Shown here one piece after another: positions 1 through 8,446 of a stretch of DNA of 64,000 nt (position 1 is its first letter; each line of letters starts with the position of its first letter). The notes beneath the pieces are model-generated. The model saw nothing but the letters and a program-made list of their open reading frames with translations, was not told the origin of the DNA and ran no database searches. The stretch is from Bacilli bacterium. Lineage in GTDB: Bacteria; Bacillota_I; Bacilli_A; RF39; UBA660. The stretch lies in contig JAGHHZ010000028.1 in NCBI GenBank assembly GCA_017887425.1, positions 20,304 through 84,303 of the forward strand, in the 5' to 3' direction. Both the position numbers and the translations under genes were made by a program.

Positions 1-203
1 TCAGCAATATAGTTACTTACTAAATTTACTAAAACTGAAGTTCCATAGTCGTCCTTTAATTCATCAAAGAATTCTTCAGCGGTAAATTGTTTACCATTTA
101 CCTCAACTATAACTTGTTGTCCATTTTGTAATTCTGGCACTTTACCACAACCAGTAACTAAAAGTGGGACACACAATAAAAGTAATAAATATTTTTTCTT
201 CAT
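1..203 (-). CDS. PrsA/SurA-N-like foldase lipoprotein, N-terminal part (gene runs off the left edge)
   Basis: The reverse complement from the ATG at 203-201 reads MKKKYLLLLLCVPLLVTGCGKVPELQNGQQVIVEVNGKQFTAEEFFDELKDDYGTSVLVNLVSNYIA. This is a signal peptide with lipobox LVTG|C, followed by an opening typical of Firmicute PrsA-type foldases. It is not in the supplied track; track ORF 142..327(-) is in another frame. Confidence 0.6.
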   Translation of the reverse strand, partial: MKKKYLLLLLCVPLLVTGCGKVPELQNGQQVIVEVNGKQFTAEEFFDELKDDYGTSVLVNLVSNYIA

Positions 204-345
204 AATTTTTGTTCCTTTCTTTTATTTCACGCATAATCATTATAACAAAAACAGTTAAAAAAGACAATATTTTTTCATTATCTATCACAAAACTTTCAAA
301 TTTCCATACAATAATGTGAAAAGACAAAAAAGGAGGATGATTTAT

Positions 346-432
346 ATGTGTTGTAACAATGGTATATCTGGAGCTGCTATCGTATTAGTGCTTTTTATTC
401 TTTTAATAATTATACTTGGAGCTTATATTTAA
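346..432 (+). CDS. 28-aa hydrophobic micro-protein, YjcZ-like (tiny TM peptide)
   Basis: The SD AAGGAGGA at 330-337 is followed by ATG 346. The product is MCCNNGISGAAIVLVLFILLIIILGAYI, stop TAA 430-432. The VLFILLII core resembles the YjcZ family of small sporulation/membrane peptides. It is below the 60-aa cut-off of the track. Confidence 0.5.
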   Translation: MCCNNGISGAAIVLVLFILLIIILGAYI

Positions 433-451
433 GTTAAAGGAGTAATATTTT

Positions 452-562
452 ATGAATTGTGAAACATATAACAAGACATGTGATCGTGGCAATATTAATT
501 ATCTTATTATAGTTGTCTTATATATTTTATTAGCTATCATTATTGGGGCATGTCTATTTTAA
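452..562 (+). CDS. 36-aa hydrophobic micro-protein, paralogous to the preceding one
   Basis: The SD AAAGGAG at 436-442 is followed by ATG 452. The product is MNCETYNKTCDRGNINYLIIVVLYILLAIIIGACLF, stop TAA 560-562. It has the same Cys-containing polar head and LxILLxIIxGA tail as the upstream peptide, and a terminator follows directly. Confidence 0.45.
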   Translation: MNCETYNKTCDRGNINYLIIVVLYILLAIIIGACLF

Positions 563-587
563 AGAGGAGTATTCCTCTTTTTATTTT
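563..587 (+). terminator. Rho-independent terminator after the micro-protein pair
   Basis: AGAGGA-GTAT-TCCTCT hairpin followed by TTTTATTTT. Confidence 0.7.
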
Positions 588-608
588 GTTAAATTTTACA
601 AAACCCTC

Positions 609-637
609 TTTACAAAGTGAAATAAATAGAGTAAAAT
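609..637 (+). promoter_or_regulatory. Putative sigma-A promoter of the mraZ operon
   Basis: TTTACA (609-614), a 17-nt spacer, then TAAAAT (632-637). It lies about 45 nt upstream of the mraZ ATG. Confidence 0.45.
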
Positions 638-672
638 GATGGTATATAGTGGTAGTAAGTGGCTAAAAGTGG
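628..672 (+). promoter_or_regulatory. Array of 10-bp-phased direct repeats (AGTGG boxes), candidate MraZ operator
   Basis: AGTGG occurs at 648, 658 and 668 with exactly 10-bp spacing. Degenerate in-phase copies occur at 628 (AGAGT) and 638 (GATGG). The array sits between the -10 box and the mraZ start codon. Confidence 0.55.
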
Positions 673-680
673 GTGATTTT

Positions 681-1115
681 ATGTTTATGGGTGAATATCA
701 TCACACAATTGATGATAAAGGAAGAATTATTATTCCAGCTAAATTAAGATATGAATTAGGTGAGCAATTTATTGTAACTAAAGGATTAGATGGATGTTTA
801 TTTGTCTATCCTAAAGAAGAATGGAATAATATCACTTTAAAATATAAACAATTACCTAACACTAAAGATGCTAGAAACTATTTAAGATTTTTCTTATCAG
901 GTGCTACAATATGTGAATTTGATAAGCAAGGAAGATTAAATATCAGTCAACCACTAATTAAATATGCTGATTTAAAAAAAGAATGTATCATTATTGGTGT
1001 TAATGATCGATTAGAAATTTGGTCTAAAGATCGTTGGGAAGATTTCTTAAGTCAAAATGAAGACTCAATTTCTGATATAGCGGATAGTTTATTTGCTCCA
1101 AATATTAATATTTAA
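681..1115 (+). CDS. mraZ: Transcriptional regulator MraZ
   Basis: The protein starts MFMGEYHHTIDDKGRIIIPAKLR and has a second DKQGRLNIS repeat, giving two DxxxR/SpoVT-AbrB-like halves. It is followed by rsmH. The start was moved to ATG 681; the track's 636 start runs through the operator repeats. Confidence 0.93.
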   Translation: MFMGEYHHTIDDKGRIIIPAKLRYELGEQFIVTKGLDGCLFVYPKEEWNNITLKYKQLPNTKDARNYLRFFLSGATICEFDKQGRLNISQPLIKYADLKKECIIIGVNDRLEIWSKDRWEDFLSQNEDSISDIADSLFAPNINI

Positions 1116-1124
1116 GGTGAAGTT

Positions 1125-2033
1125 ATGCATGTAAGTGTCTTATTAAACGAAAGTATCGAAAGTTTAAATCTAAAAGAAGATAGTGTTATTGTCGATTGTA
1201 CTTTAGGGTATGCAGGACATAGTAGTGAAATATTAAAAAGAATCAAAAAAGGGTATTTATATGCATTTGATCAAGATAGTGAAGCAATTAAAGAAGCTAA
1301 TAAAAAGTTAAATGAAATCGGAAGTAATTATAAGATAATCAACAGTAATTTTGCTAACTTAAAAGAAGAATTAAATAAATTAAATGTTAGTGAAGTAGAT
1401 GGAATATTATATGATTTAGGAGTATCTAGTCCGCAATTAGACGAAAAGGAAAGAGGATTTAGCTTTCATCAAGATGCGAGATTAGATATGCGAATGAATC
1501 AAAATCAAGAGTTAGATGCTTATTATGTGGTTAATAATTATGAAGAAAAAGATTTAGTTAATATCTTTAGAAAATATGGCGAAGAAAAGTATGCTGTTAG
1601 TATTGCTAAAGGGATAATTAAAAATAGACCAATAGAAACTACTTTAGAACTAACAGAAGTAATTAAAGAAAATGTTCCATTTAGTTATAAAAAAGAAAAA
1701 CATCCAGCGAGAAAAGTATTCCAAGCTATTAGAATTGAAGTTAATGACGAATTGAATGTTTTTGAAAGTAGTCTAAGACAAGCTTTAGAACTAATTAAAG
1801 TTGGTGGTAGAGTAAGTGTTATAACATTTCATTCGTTAGAAGATAAAATTTGTAAAAACATATTTAACGAAGTAAGTAAAATTGATGATAGTTTAAAAAA
1901 ACTACCAGTTATTCCTTTAGAATATCAACCAAAGTATAAAATAATTGGTAGTATTACTCCTAAAGAAGAAGAATTAAATAATAATAATCGATCTAGAAGC
2001 GCTAAACTAAGAATAATTGAAAGGGTTAGATAA
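1125..2033 (+). CDS. rsmH: 16S rRNA (cytosine1402-N4)-methyltransferase RsmH
   Basis: It opens HVSVLLNE and contains DCTLGYAGHS, DLGVSSPQLD and a RSRSAKLR tail. Its position after mraZ is canonical. Confidence 0.95.
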   Translation: MHVSVLLNESIESLNLKEDSVIVDCTLGYAGHSSEILKRIKKGYLYAFDQDSEAIKEANKKLNEIGSNYKIINSNFANLKEELNKLNVSEVDGILYDLGVSSPQLDEKERGFSFHQDARLDMRMNQNQELDAYYVVNNYEEKDLVNIFRKYGEEKYAVSIAKGIIKNRPIETTLELTEVIKENVPFSYKKEKHPARKVFQAIRIEVNDELNVFESSLRQALELIKVGGRVSVITFHSLEDKICKNIFNEVSKIDDSLKKLPVIPLEYQPKYKIIGSITPKEEELNNNNRSRSAKLRIIERVR

Positions 2034-2034
2034 G

Positions 2035-2322
2035 ATGGCAAAAAGAAAAAAAGGATTAAGTAAAGGTGAAAAATTATTATACTTTAGTGGTGTATTGTGT
2101 TTTACATTAGCTATTGTAATTAAAATATTTTTCGGAGCTAGTATTGGTAATTACAAAATGAGCAACGAAAAAATAAGATATGAAATATCTAGCGAACAAA
2201 AAACAGTTGAAAGTTTGAATATGCAAGTTAGTGAACTAACTTCATTTGATAATGTTTCAAAGGTTGTCAAAGATTTAGGTTTAGCGTATAATAATGATAA
2301 TATAGTTGTTATTGACGATTAA
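2035..2322 (+). CDS. ftsL: Cell division protein FtsL (small bitopic coiled-coil protein)
   Basis: About 95 aa with a basic N-terminus, one TM segment (LLYFSGVLCFTLAIVIKIFF) and a coiled-coil-like tail. It lies between rsmH and the class B PBP. The start was taken at ATG 2035 (MAKRKK). Confidence 0.75.
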   Translation: MAKRKKGLSKGEKLLYFSGVLCFTLAIVIKIFFGASIGNYKMSNEKIRYEISSEQKTVESLNMQVSELTSFDNVSKVVKDLGLAYNNDNIVVIDD

Positions 2323-2333
2323 GAGGTGATTAG

Positions 2334-4499
2334 ATGAAAACAAGAAGTATGAAGTGGAAAACCCCAATGGTTGTTTTTTGTGTATTTCTTGTTTTTATTT
2401 TGATTTTATTTTTGCAGTATGTCTATTTATCTTTATCACCTAATGTTTATGGCATTAATATGCAAGAATTTGCTTCTAATAGAAATACTTATTCCTCACT
2501 ATTACATGCCCAAAGAGGAACAATTTATGATAGTCAAGGAGATATTTTAGCACAAGATGTTTCAAGTTACACAGTAATTGCTTATTTAGATGAAAGTAGA
2601 ACAGGTTCTTCTACCACTTTGCATCATGTCGCTGATAAACAAATGACAGCAGAAGCTTTAGCGCCTTTATTAAATATGGAAGTAGATGAAATATTAGATC
2701 TGTTAAATCGTGATGCTTATCAAGTCGAATTAGGTCCAGGTGGACGAGGAATAACTGAAATATTAAAGAAGAAAATTGAAGAGTTAAATTTACCAGGAAT
2801 CGATTTTATCGAAAGTTATAAAAGATATTATCCTAATGGTGACTTTGCTTCTTATATTGTCGGATATGCTAAAAAACAAAATGTTGAAGTTGAATTAGAT
2901 AATACAACTAGACAAGAAGAAGTATTAGTAGGAGAATTAGGAATTGAAGTTCAGTATAATGAATTATTACAAGGAACTAATGGCTATATTAGTTATCAAC
3001 AAGATCGTTATGGATATAAAATACCTGATACTCCTGAAATAAATGAACCGGCAGTTGATGGTAGTGATATCTATTTAACAATCGATGCAAATATTCAAAG
3101 AATTTTAGAATCGGTAGTTGATGAAAATGTTGAATTATATGATCCGGAATGGGTAACAATTAATGTTATGGATGCGAAAACTGGCGACATTTTAGGATCA
3201 GCTTCTAGTCCATCTTTTGATCCTAACAAATTAAATTTGACTAATTACGAGAACCCTTTAACTTCTTTTGTTTACGAACCAGGTAGTGTTATGAAGATAT
3301 ATACTTATATGTGTGCAATTGAAAAAGGAACTTATAAAGGTGATGAACTATACCAATCAGGGCACATCAACATCGAAGGAACTAATATCTATGACTGGAA
3401 TAATGTCGGTTGGGGTAAGATTACATATGACCGAGGCTTTATATTATCAAGTAATGTTGCAACTTCTAACATTATGCAAAACTTCTTGACTAAGGATGAA
3501 TTAAAAGATTGCTTAGAAAGTTATGGTTTTGGTGAAGTAACAGGAATTGAATTACCACGTGAATTATCAGGTAGTCTAGTTTTTAATTATCCAGTTGAAG
3601 TAGCTGCTGCTTCTTATGGACAAGGTATTACAACCACACCTATTCAGCATTTACAAGCTTTAAGTATCATTGCTAATGATGGTTATATGGTTAAGCCACA
3701 TATTGTTAGCAAAATTGTTCAAAACGGTGAAGTTACTTACGATAGAGAAGTTAGTAAAAGTGAAAGAATTGTCAATCAAGCAACAATTGACAAAATAAAA
3801 GAATTAATGTATGGTGCAGTTAATGATGAAGAAGGGGGAGCTATCGGATTAGCTTACCGTGTTGATGGATTAGATATAATTGGTAAAACAGGAACAGCTG
3901 AAATATACGATGCTGAAAACGGTGGTTATTTAACTGGTTGGTTAGATAATCTATATTCATTTTCCGGAATGTTTCCAGCTGATGATCCTGAGATAATTAT
4001 CTTTGTTTCAGTTAAAAGACCTAATAACGGATCTAATATTGGTATTAAAACAATGACGCAATCAGCAATTGAATCAATTGCTAAATATAAAGGTTACATT
4101 AGTAATGATACAAATGATGATACAATTAATAATGTTACTATTGAAAACTATGTTAATTTAAATTCTGAAGAAGTTGTCAAAGAATTAGAAAATAAAGGAT
4201 TAGATGTTGTTTTATTAGGTGAAGGCGATAAAATTATAAATCAATACCCAGTTTCTGGAACAACTTTATTAACTGGTGATAAAGTATTTTTACTAACAAA
4301 TGCTAAAGAAATTTTAATGCCAAATTTAGTTGATTATTCAAGAATTGAAGCGATTGCTTTATTAGAGTTACTCGATGTCGAATATGAGTTAGATGGTTAT
4401 GGCTTTGTTACTGAACAAAATATTAAAGTAGGAGAACAGATAACCGATAAAATAAAACTAACTCTAAAACAAAAATATGAAGAAGATGCGGAGGATTAA
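2334..4499 (+). CDS. Class B penicillin-binding protein (PBP2B/FtsI/SpoVD type) with two C-terminal PASTA domains
   Basis: It has an N-terminal TM segment and the transpeptidase motifs SVMK (SxxK), SSN (SxN) and KTGTA (KTG). Two roughly 60-aa PASTA-like repeats sit at the C-terminus. Confidence 0.92.
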   Translation: MKTRSMKWKTPMVVFCVFLVFILILFLQYVYLSLSPNVYGINMQEFASNRNTYSSLLHAQRGTIYDSQGDILAQDVSSYTVIAYLDESRTGSSTTLHHVADKQMTAEALAPLLNMEVDEILDLLNRDAYQVELGPGGRGITEILKKKIEELNLPGIDFIESYKRYYPNGDFASYIVGYAKKQNVEVELDNTTRQEEVLVGELGIEVQYNELLQGTNGYISYQQDRYGYKIPDTPEINEPAVDGSDIYLTIDANIQRILESVVDENVELYDPEWVTINVMDAKTGDILGSASSPSFDPNKLNLTNYENPLTSFVYEPGSVMKIYTYMCAIEKGTYKGDELYQSGHINIEGTNIYDWNNVGWGKITYDRGFILSSNVATSNIMQNFLTKDELKDCLESYGFGEVTGIELPRELSGSLVFNYPVEVAAASYGQGITTTPIQHLQALSIIANDGYMVKPHIVSKIVQNGEVTYDREVSKSERIVNQATIDKIKELMYGAVNDEEGGAIGLAYRVDGLDIIGKTGTAEIYDAENGGYLTGWLDNLYSFSGMFPADDPEIIIFVSVKRPNNGSNIGIKTMTQSAIESIAKYKGYISNDTNDDTINNVTIENYVNLNSEEVVKELENKGLDVVLLGEGDKIINQYPVSGTTLLTGDKVFLLTNAKEILMPNLVDYSRIEAIALLELLDVEYELDGYGFVTEQNIKVGEQITDKIKLTLKQKYEEDAED

Positions 4500-4575
4500 C
4501 TTCGCATTTTTTGTTGTATAAAATTTAGGAAATATTATCAATATTATCATAGAATAATATTGGAAGGAGATAATT

Positions 4576-6864
4576 ATGTTTGGACAATTTACTGAAGAAG
4601 CAAGAAAAATATTAATTAATGCGAAAATAGAAATGACCGAATTAAAACATCCTTATGTTGGAAGTGAACATTTTTTACTGGCAATTTTAAAAAGAAAAAA
4701 CAATGTTTCCAAAAAACTAAAACAATATAATTTAGATTATGAAATATTTAAAAACAAATTAATTGAAACAGTTGGTATAGGAAGTAAACAAAGTGAATGG
4801 TTTTTATATACACCTTTGCTTAAAAGAGTGATGGAAAATGCCATGTTAGATTGTAAAGAAAATAATACTGATGTAACAATCGAATCTTTATTTTCTAATC
4901 TTTTAGAAGAGGGTGAAGGTGTCGCTATTAGAATATTACTTAGTTTAAATATTGATTTAGATAGTTTATATAACGAATTTAGTTATAAAATAATCAATAA
5001 GAAAAAAAATAAAAAACTTTTATTAGAAGAATTAGGTACTGATTTAACTAAAAAAGCTAATGAATTAGATCCAGTAATTGGAAGAGACGAAGAAATCAAA
5101 AGAATAATTGAAATATTATCTCGAAGGACTAAAAATAATCCTTTATTAATTGGTGAAGCAGGAGTTGGTAAAACAGCTATTGTCGAACAGCTAAGTAAAA
5201 TGATTAGTGAGGGCAATGTTCCAAATAGTTTAAAAAACAAAAGAATTATCAGTTTAGATATGGCTACTTTAGTAGCTGGAACTAAATATCGTGGTGAATT
5301 TGAAGAAAGAGTTAAAAAAATTTTAAAGGAAGTAGAAGAGGATGATGAGATAATTTTATTCATCGACGAAATTCATACATTAGTAGGAGCTGGTGGGGCA
5401 GAAGGAGCTATCGATGCTTCTAACATTTTTAAACCGGCTTTAGCAAGGAATAAATTAAGATGCATTGGAGCTACTACTATTAGTGAGTATAAAAAATTTA
5501 TTGAGACTGATAAAGCTCTAGAAAGAAGATTTCAAAAAGTTATGGTTGATGTTCCAAATAGGGAAGTTGTTAAAAAAATATTATCAAGACTTAAACCAAT
5601 TTATGAGGATTATCACCATGTCACTATTAATGATAATATTATTGATAAGATAATTGAACTAAGTGATAAATATGTCTATGATCGTAATCAACCAGATAAA
5701 GCTATTGATATTCTAGATGAAGTGTGTGCAAAAGCAAGTTTAAAAGAAAGCAAAGAATTAACTTTATATAACAATTTAAATAAAAAACTACAAACTTTAA
5801 TTAAAAATAAAAATGAAGCTGTTAGTAATAATAATTTTAAAAAAGCTAATAGTTTAAAAAAAGAAGAATTCAAACTAATGGATAAGATTAATAATTTAGA
5901 ACTCATCTTATGCAATAAAAAAAGAAATGATGTAACTATTAATGATGTTGCTTATGTTATAAATGATAAAACCCAAATACCAATTTATGAGATATTAAAT
6001 GAAAATAACAAAGTAATAAATCAAATGAATAAAGAAATAACTGATAAAATTATCGGTCAAGATGAAGCTGTTAACGAAGTTATCAATATAGCCAAAAAAA
6101 TAAAATTAGGATTTAAAGATGATAAATGTTATTCTTTAATGTTTGTAGGACCAACCGGAGTAGGAAAAACCGAATTAGCTTTAAGCTTTGGTCATATATT
6201 AGCTGGTAAAAATGTTATTAGATTAGATATGAGTGAATTTAGTGAAGCTCATAGTGTAAGTCGTTTTATTGGTGCTCCTCCTGGATATATTGGTTATAGT
6301 GACAATAAAACAATTTTAGAAGAAATTAAAAATAAACCATTTTCTGTTCTTATTTTAGATGAAATAGAAAGAGCAAATAATAGTATTATTAATCTTTTAT
6401 TTCAAATTTTAGATAATGGTAAAATAAAAGATGCTAAGGGAGAAGAGGTCTATTTTAATAATATCGTAATTATTATGACTTCTAATATTGGGTTTGATGA
6501 AGTTAATGTCGGTTTTAATAAAAACAATAACAATATTTCTAAATTAAAAGAATATTTTAGTTTACCATTTATCAATCGTATCGATAATATTATTAGTTTT
6601 AATTCTTTAAAAGAAGAAAATATAATAAAGTTAATTGAAATAAAAATTACTAATTTGATTAATAAGTATAAAAGCAAAATAAAAGTTAAAATAGATAAAA
6701 AAGTGATTGAAGAAATATTAAATTTAAGTAATTATCAAGAGTTTGGAGCACGCAAACTTGATAAGATTATTAAAAATAAACTAGAAAATATTATTTTAGA
6801 TAAAATAATTCTAGGAAGAAAATCAGTTAATATTAAAAGTATTGAACAAATAATAAATGTTTAA
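4576..6864 (+). CDS. clpC: ATP-dependent Clp protease ATP-binding subunit ClpC-like (class I AAA+)
   Basis: It carries Clp_N repeats (HPYVGSEHFLLAIL, TIESLFSNLLEEGEGVAIRIL). D1 has GEAGVGKTA and ILFIDEIH. D2 has GPTGVGKTE and VLILDEIE. GAPPGYIGY is present. The SD GGAAGGAGA lies upstream. Confidence 0.88.
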   Translation: MFGQFTEEARKILINAKIEMTELKHPYVGSEHFLLAILKRKNNVSKKLKQYNLDYEIFKNKLIETVGIGSKQSEWFLYTPLLKRVMENAMLDCKENNTDVTIESLFSNLLEEGEGVAIRILLSLNIDLDSLYNEFSYKIINKKKNKKLLLEELGTDLTKKANELDPVIGRDEEIKRIIEILSRRTKNNPLLIGEAGVGKTAIVEQLSKMISEGNVPNSLKNKRIISLDMATLVAGTKYRGEFEERVKKILKEVEEDDEIILFIDEIHTLVGAGGAEGAIDASNIFKPALARNKLRCIGATTISEYKKFIETDKALERRFQKVMVDVPNREVVKKILSRLKPIYEDYHHVTINDNIIDKIIELSDKYVYDRNQPDKAIDILDEVCAKASLKESKELTLYNNLNKKLQTLIKNKNEAVSNNNFKKANSLKKEEFKLMDKINNLELILCNKKRNDVTINDVAYVINDKTQIPIYEILNENNKVINQMNKEITDKIIGQDEAVNEVINIAKKIKLGFKDDKCYSLMFVGPTGVGKTELALSFGHILAGKNVIRLDMSEFSEAHSVSRFIGAPPGYIGYSDNKTILEEIKNKPFSVLILDEIERANNSIINLLFQILDNGKIKDAKGEEVYFNNIVIIMTSNIGFDEVNVGFNKNNNNISKLKEYFSLPFINRIDNIISFNSLKEENIIKLIEIKITNLINKYKSKIKVKIDKKVIEEILNLSNYQEFGARKLDKIIKNKLENIILDKIILGRKSVNIKSIEQIINV

Positions 6865-6972
6865 AATAAAATGAAAAATCAAAATAAAATTTTTGATTTT
6901 TTTGCATTATTTATTTAAATCATTTATTTTGTTAAAAAAATATGTTACCATATATAATAGTGGAGGTAAAAC

Positions 6973-7290
6973 ATGAAATTAGCGATACTTATTTTAAAAG
7001 AAGAAGAATTATTAGATAAATTAATTAAAGAATTAAATGAAAATAATTTTCATAATTTGACTACGATTAATAGTGAGAGTGTAGCAACAAGTGGCAACAA
7101 TAAAAGTGTGCGGGTTTTTAGTTCCCTACGTTATATTATGAACTATTTTTATGATGATAGTAGAGTTATGCTTATTCCGATTGAGGAAGATAAAATCGAT
7201 GACTTATTTAAAGTTACATCTAATATTCTAACTAAAGATAAATATATGTTTTTAATTTTACCAGTTGATAGAATTGAAGGTAAATTATAA
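6973..7290 (+). CDS. Small cytoplasmic protein with a PII-like beta-alpha-beta pattern (function unknown)
   Basis: 105 aa. MKLAILIL / helix / NLTTINSES / loop / RVMLIPIEEDKIDDLF / MFLILPVDRIEG suggests a ferredoxin-like double beta-alpha-beta fold. The stop TAA overlaps the next ATG by 1 nt. Confidence 0.45.
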   Translation: MKLAILILKEEELLDKLIKELNENNFHNLTTINSESVATSGNNKSVRVFSSLRYIMNYFYDDSRVMLIPIEEDKIDDLFKVTSNILTKDKYMFLILPVDRIEGKL

Positions 7291-8438
7291 TGAATGTTTT
7301 AGTTAGTATTGCAGCTATTTTGTTTTTTGGAATTATTCTAGGTAAATTAATAAAATTATTTAAACTACCAGAAGTCACAGGGTATTTATTAACTGGACTG
7401 TTGATTGGTCCTTATGTTTTAAATTTAGTTAGTTTAGATGATGTCTATATATTAGAACCTTTCACAACTATTGCTTTAACTTTTATTTCGTTTTTGGTTG
7501 GAGCAGAATTAAAATGGAAATATGTCAAAAAGTTAGGTAGTAAACCGTTTGTCATTGGACTTACAACTTCTTTGTGTGCTTTGATTTTAGTAACTGTCGG
7601 TTGCATCTTAGCTGGATATGATTTTAAAATCAGCTTATTATTAGGGGCTATTGCCACATCAGCTGCTCCAGCTAGTGTTTTAATGATTGTTAAAGAATAT
7701 AAAGCGCATGGTGAGTTAACTAAAACAATGCTAAGTGTTATTGCGATAAGTGATATTTTATCGGTTATTTTATTTGGTATTTGTTTAGCTTTAGTAAAAG
7801 AAAATTCATCTATTTTACTTGTTTTAACTGAACCATTAAAAGAAATAATTATTTCTTTGTTAATTGGAGGAATTTTAGGCTATACAGTTGGTTATTTGTC
7901 ACGTTTCTTAAGAAAACATGGCGATATTATTACTTTAATTATCGTAGCTGTTTTTGTTGATATTTTGGCTTGTGATTTAATTGGAATTTCGCAATTATTA
8001 TCAGCGATGATCATGGGTATTATATTTATTAATTCCTTTAATAACCGAATTACTGATAAAGTATTAGATATTATCGATGATATTTCAACTCCTTTGCTAT
8101 TGATATTTTTTGTTTTATCAGGAGCAAGTTTAGATTTTAATGCTTTACCAACAATTGGTATACTTGGTCTAACTTATGTAATATTGCGAATAATTGGTAA
8201 AGTAATCGGTAATTTTATCGGTTCAAAAATAACTAAAGAAACTAAAAATATTACAAAATATCTAGGATTTACCTTACTATCTCAAACAGGTATAGCTATT
8301 GGTTTAGCTACTCTCGCTTCAACCGTTATTGAAAATGGTGAATTGTTAGTTGCTGTAGTTGTCGCTTCTAGTTTTATCTTTGATGTTCTTTGCCCATTAT
8401 TGACAAAATACGTCTTGAAAAAATCTAAAGAAATATAG
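7290..8438 (+). CDS. Cation:proton antiporter (Na+/H+ exchanger, CPA2-type membrane domain, no fused RCK domain)
   Basis: 382 aa and about 11-12 TM segments. It opens FGIILGKLIKLFKLPEVTGYLLTGLLIGP, which is typical of the Kef/NapA/CPA2 family. Confidence 0.8.
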   Translation: MNVLVSIAAILFFGIILGKLIKLFKLPEVTGYLLTGLLIGPYVLNLVSLDDVYILEPFTTIALTFISFLVGAELKWKYVKKLGSKPFVIGLTTSLCALILVTVGCILAGYDFKISLLLGAIATSAAPASVLMIVKEYKAHGELTKTMLSVIAISDILSVILFGICLALVKENSSILLVLTEPLKEIIISLLIGGILGYTVGYLSRFLRKHGDIITLIIVAVFVDILACDLIGISQLLSAMIMGIIFINSFNNRITDKVLDIIDDISTPLLLIFFVLSGASLDFNALPTIGILGLTYVILRIIGKVIGNFIGSKITKETKNITKYLGFTLLSQTGIAIGLATLASTVIENGELLVAVVVASSFIFDVLCPLLTKYVLKKSKEI

Positions 8439-8446
8439 GTGATAAA

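Noticed and set aside
142-327. Track ORF of 61 aa on the minus strand upstream of the micro-protein genes
   Set aside because: It is in a different frame from the convincing lipoprotein gene that starts at 203. It has no SD and a low-complexity hydrophobic composition typical of chance ORFs in AT-rich DNA.
636-680. Longer N-terminal extensions offered by the ORF track for many genes (mraZ 636, rplJ 11852, rpoB 13471, glmS 37276, murT 51026, the 54554 ORF, ppdK 58642 and others)
   Set aside because: The extensions run through promoters, operators, a leader hairpin or the glmS ribozyme, and they lack an SD. Internal starts with a good SD reproduce the canonical N-termini (MFMGEY, MANQK, MCGI, MTQYVYSF and so on).
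4983-6677. Three antisense ORFs inside clpC (4983..5363, 5688..5915, 6450..6677)
   Set aside because: They mirror a strongly supported AAA+ gene. Their products are Leu/Ser/Phe/Ile-rich nonsense with no start context.
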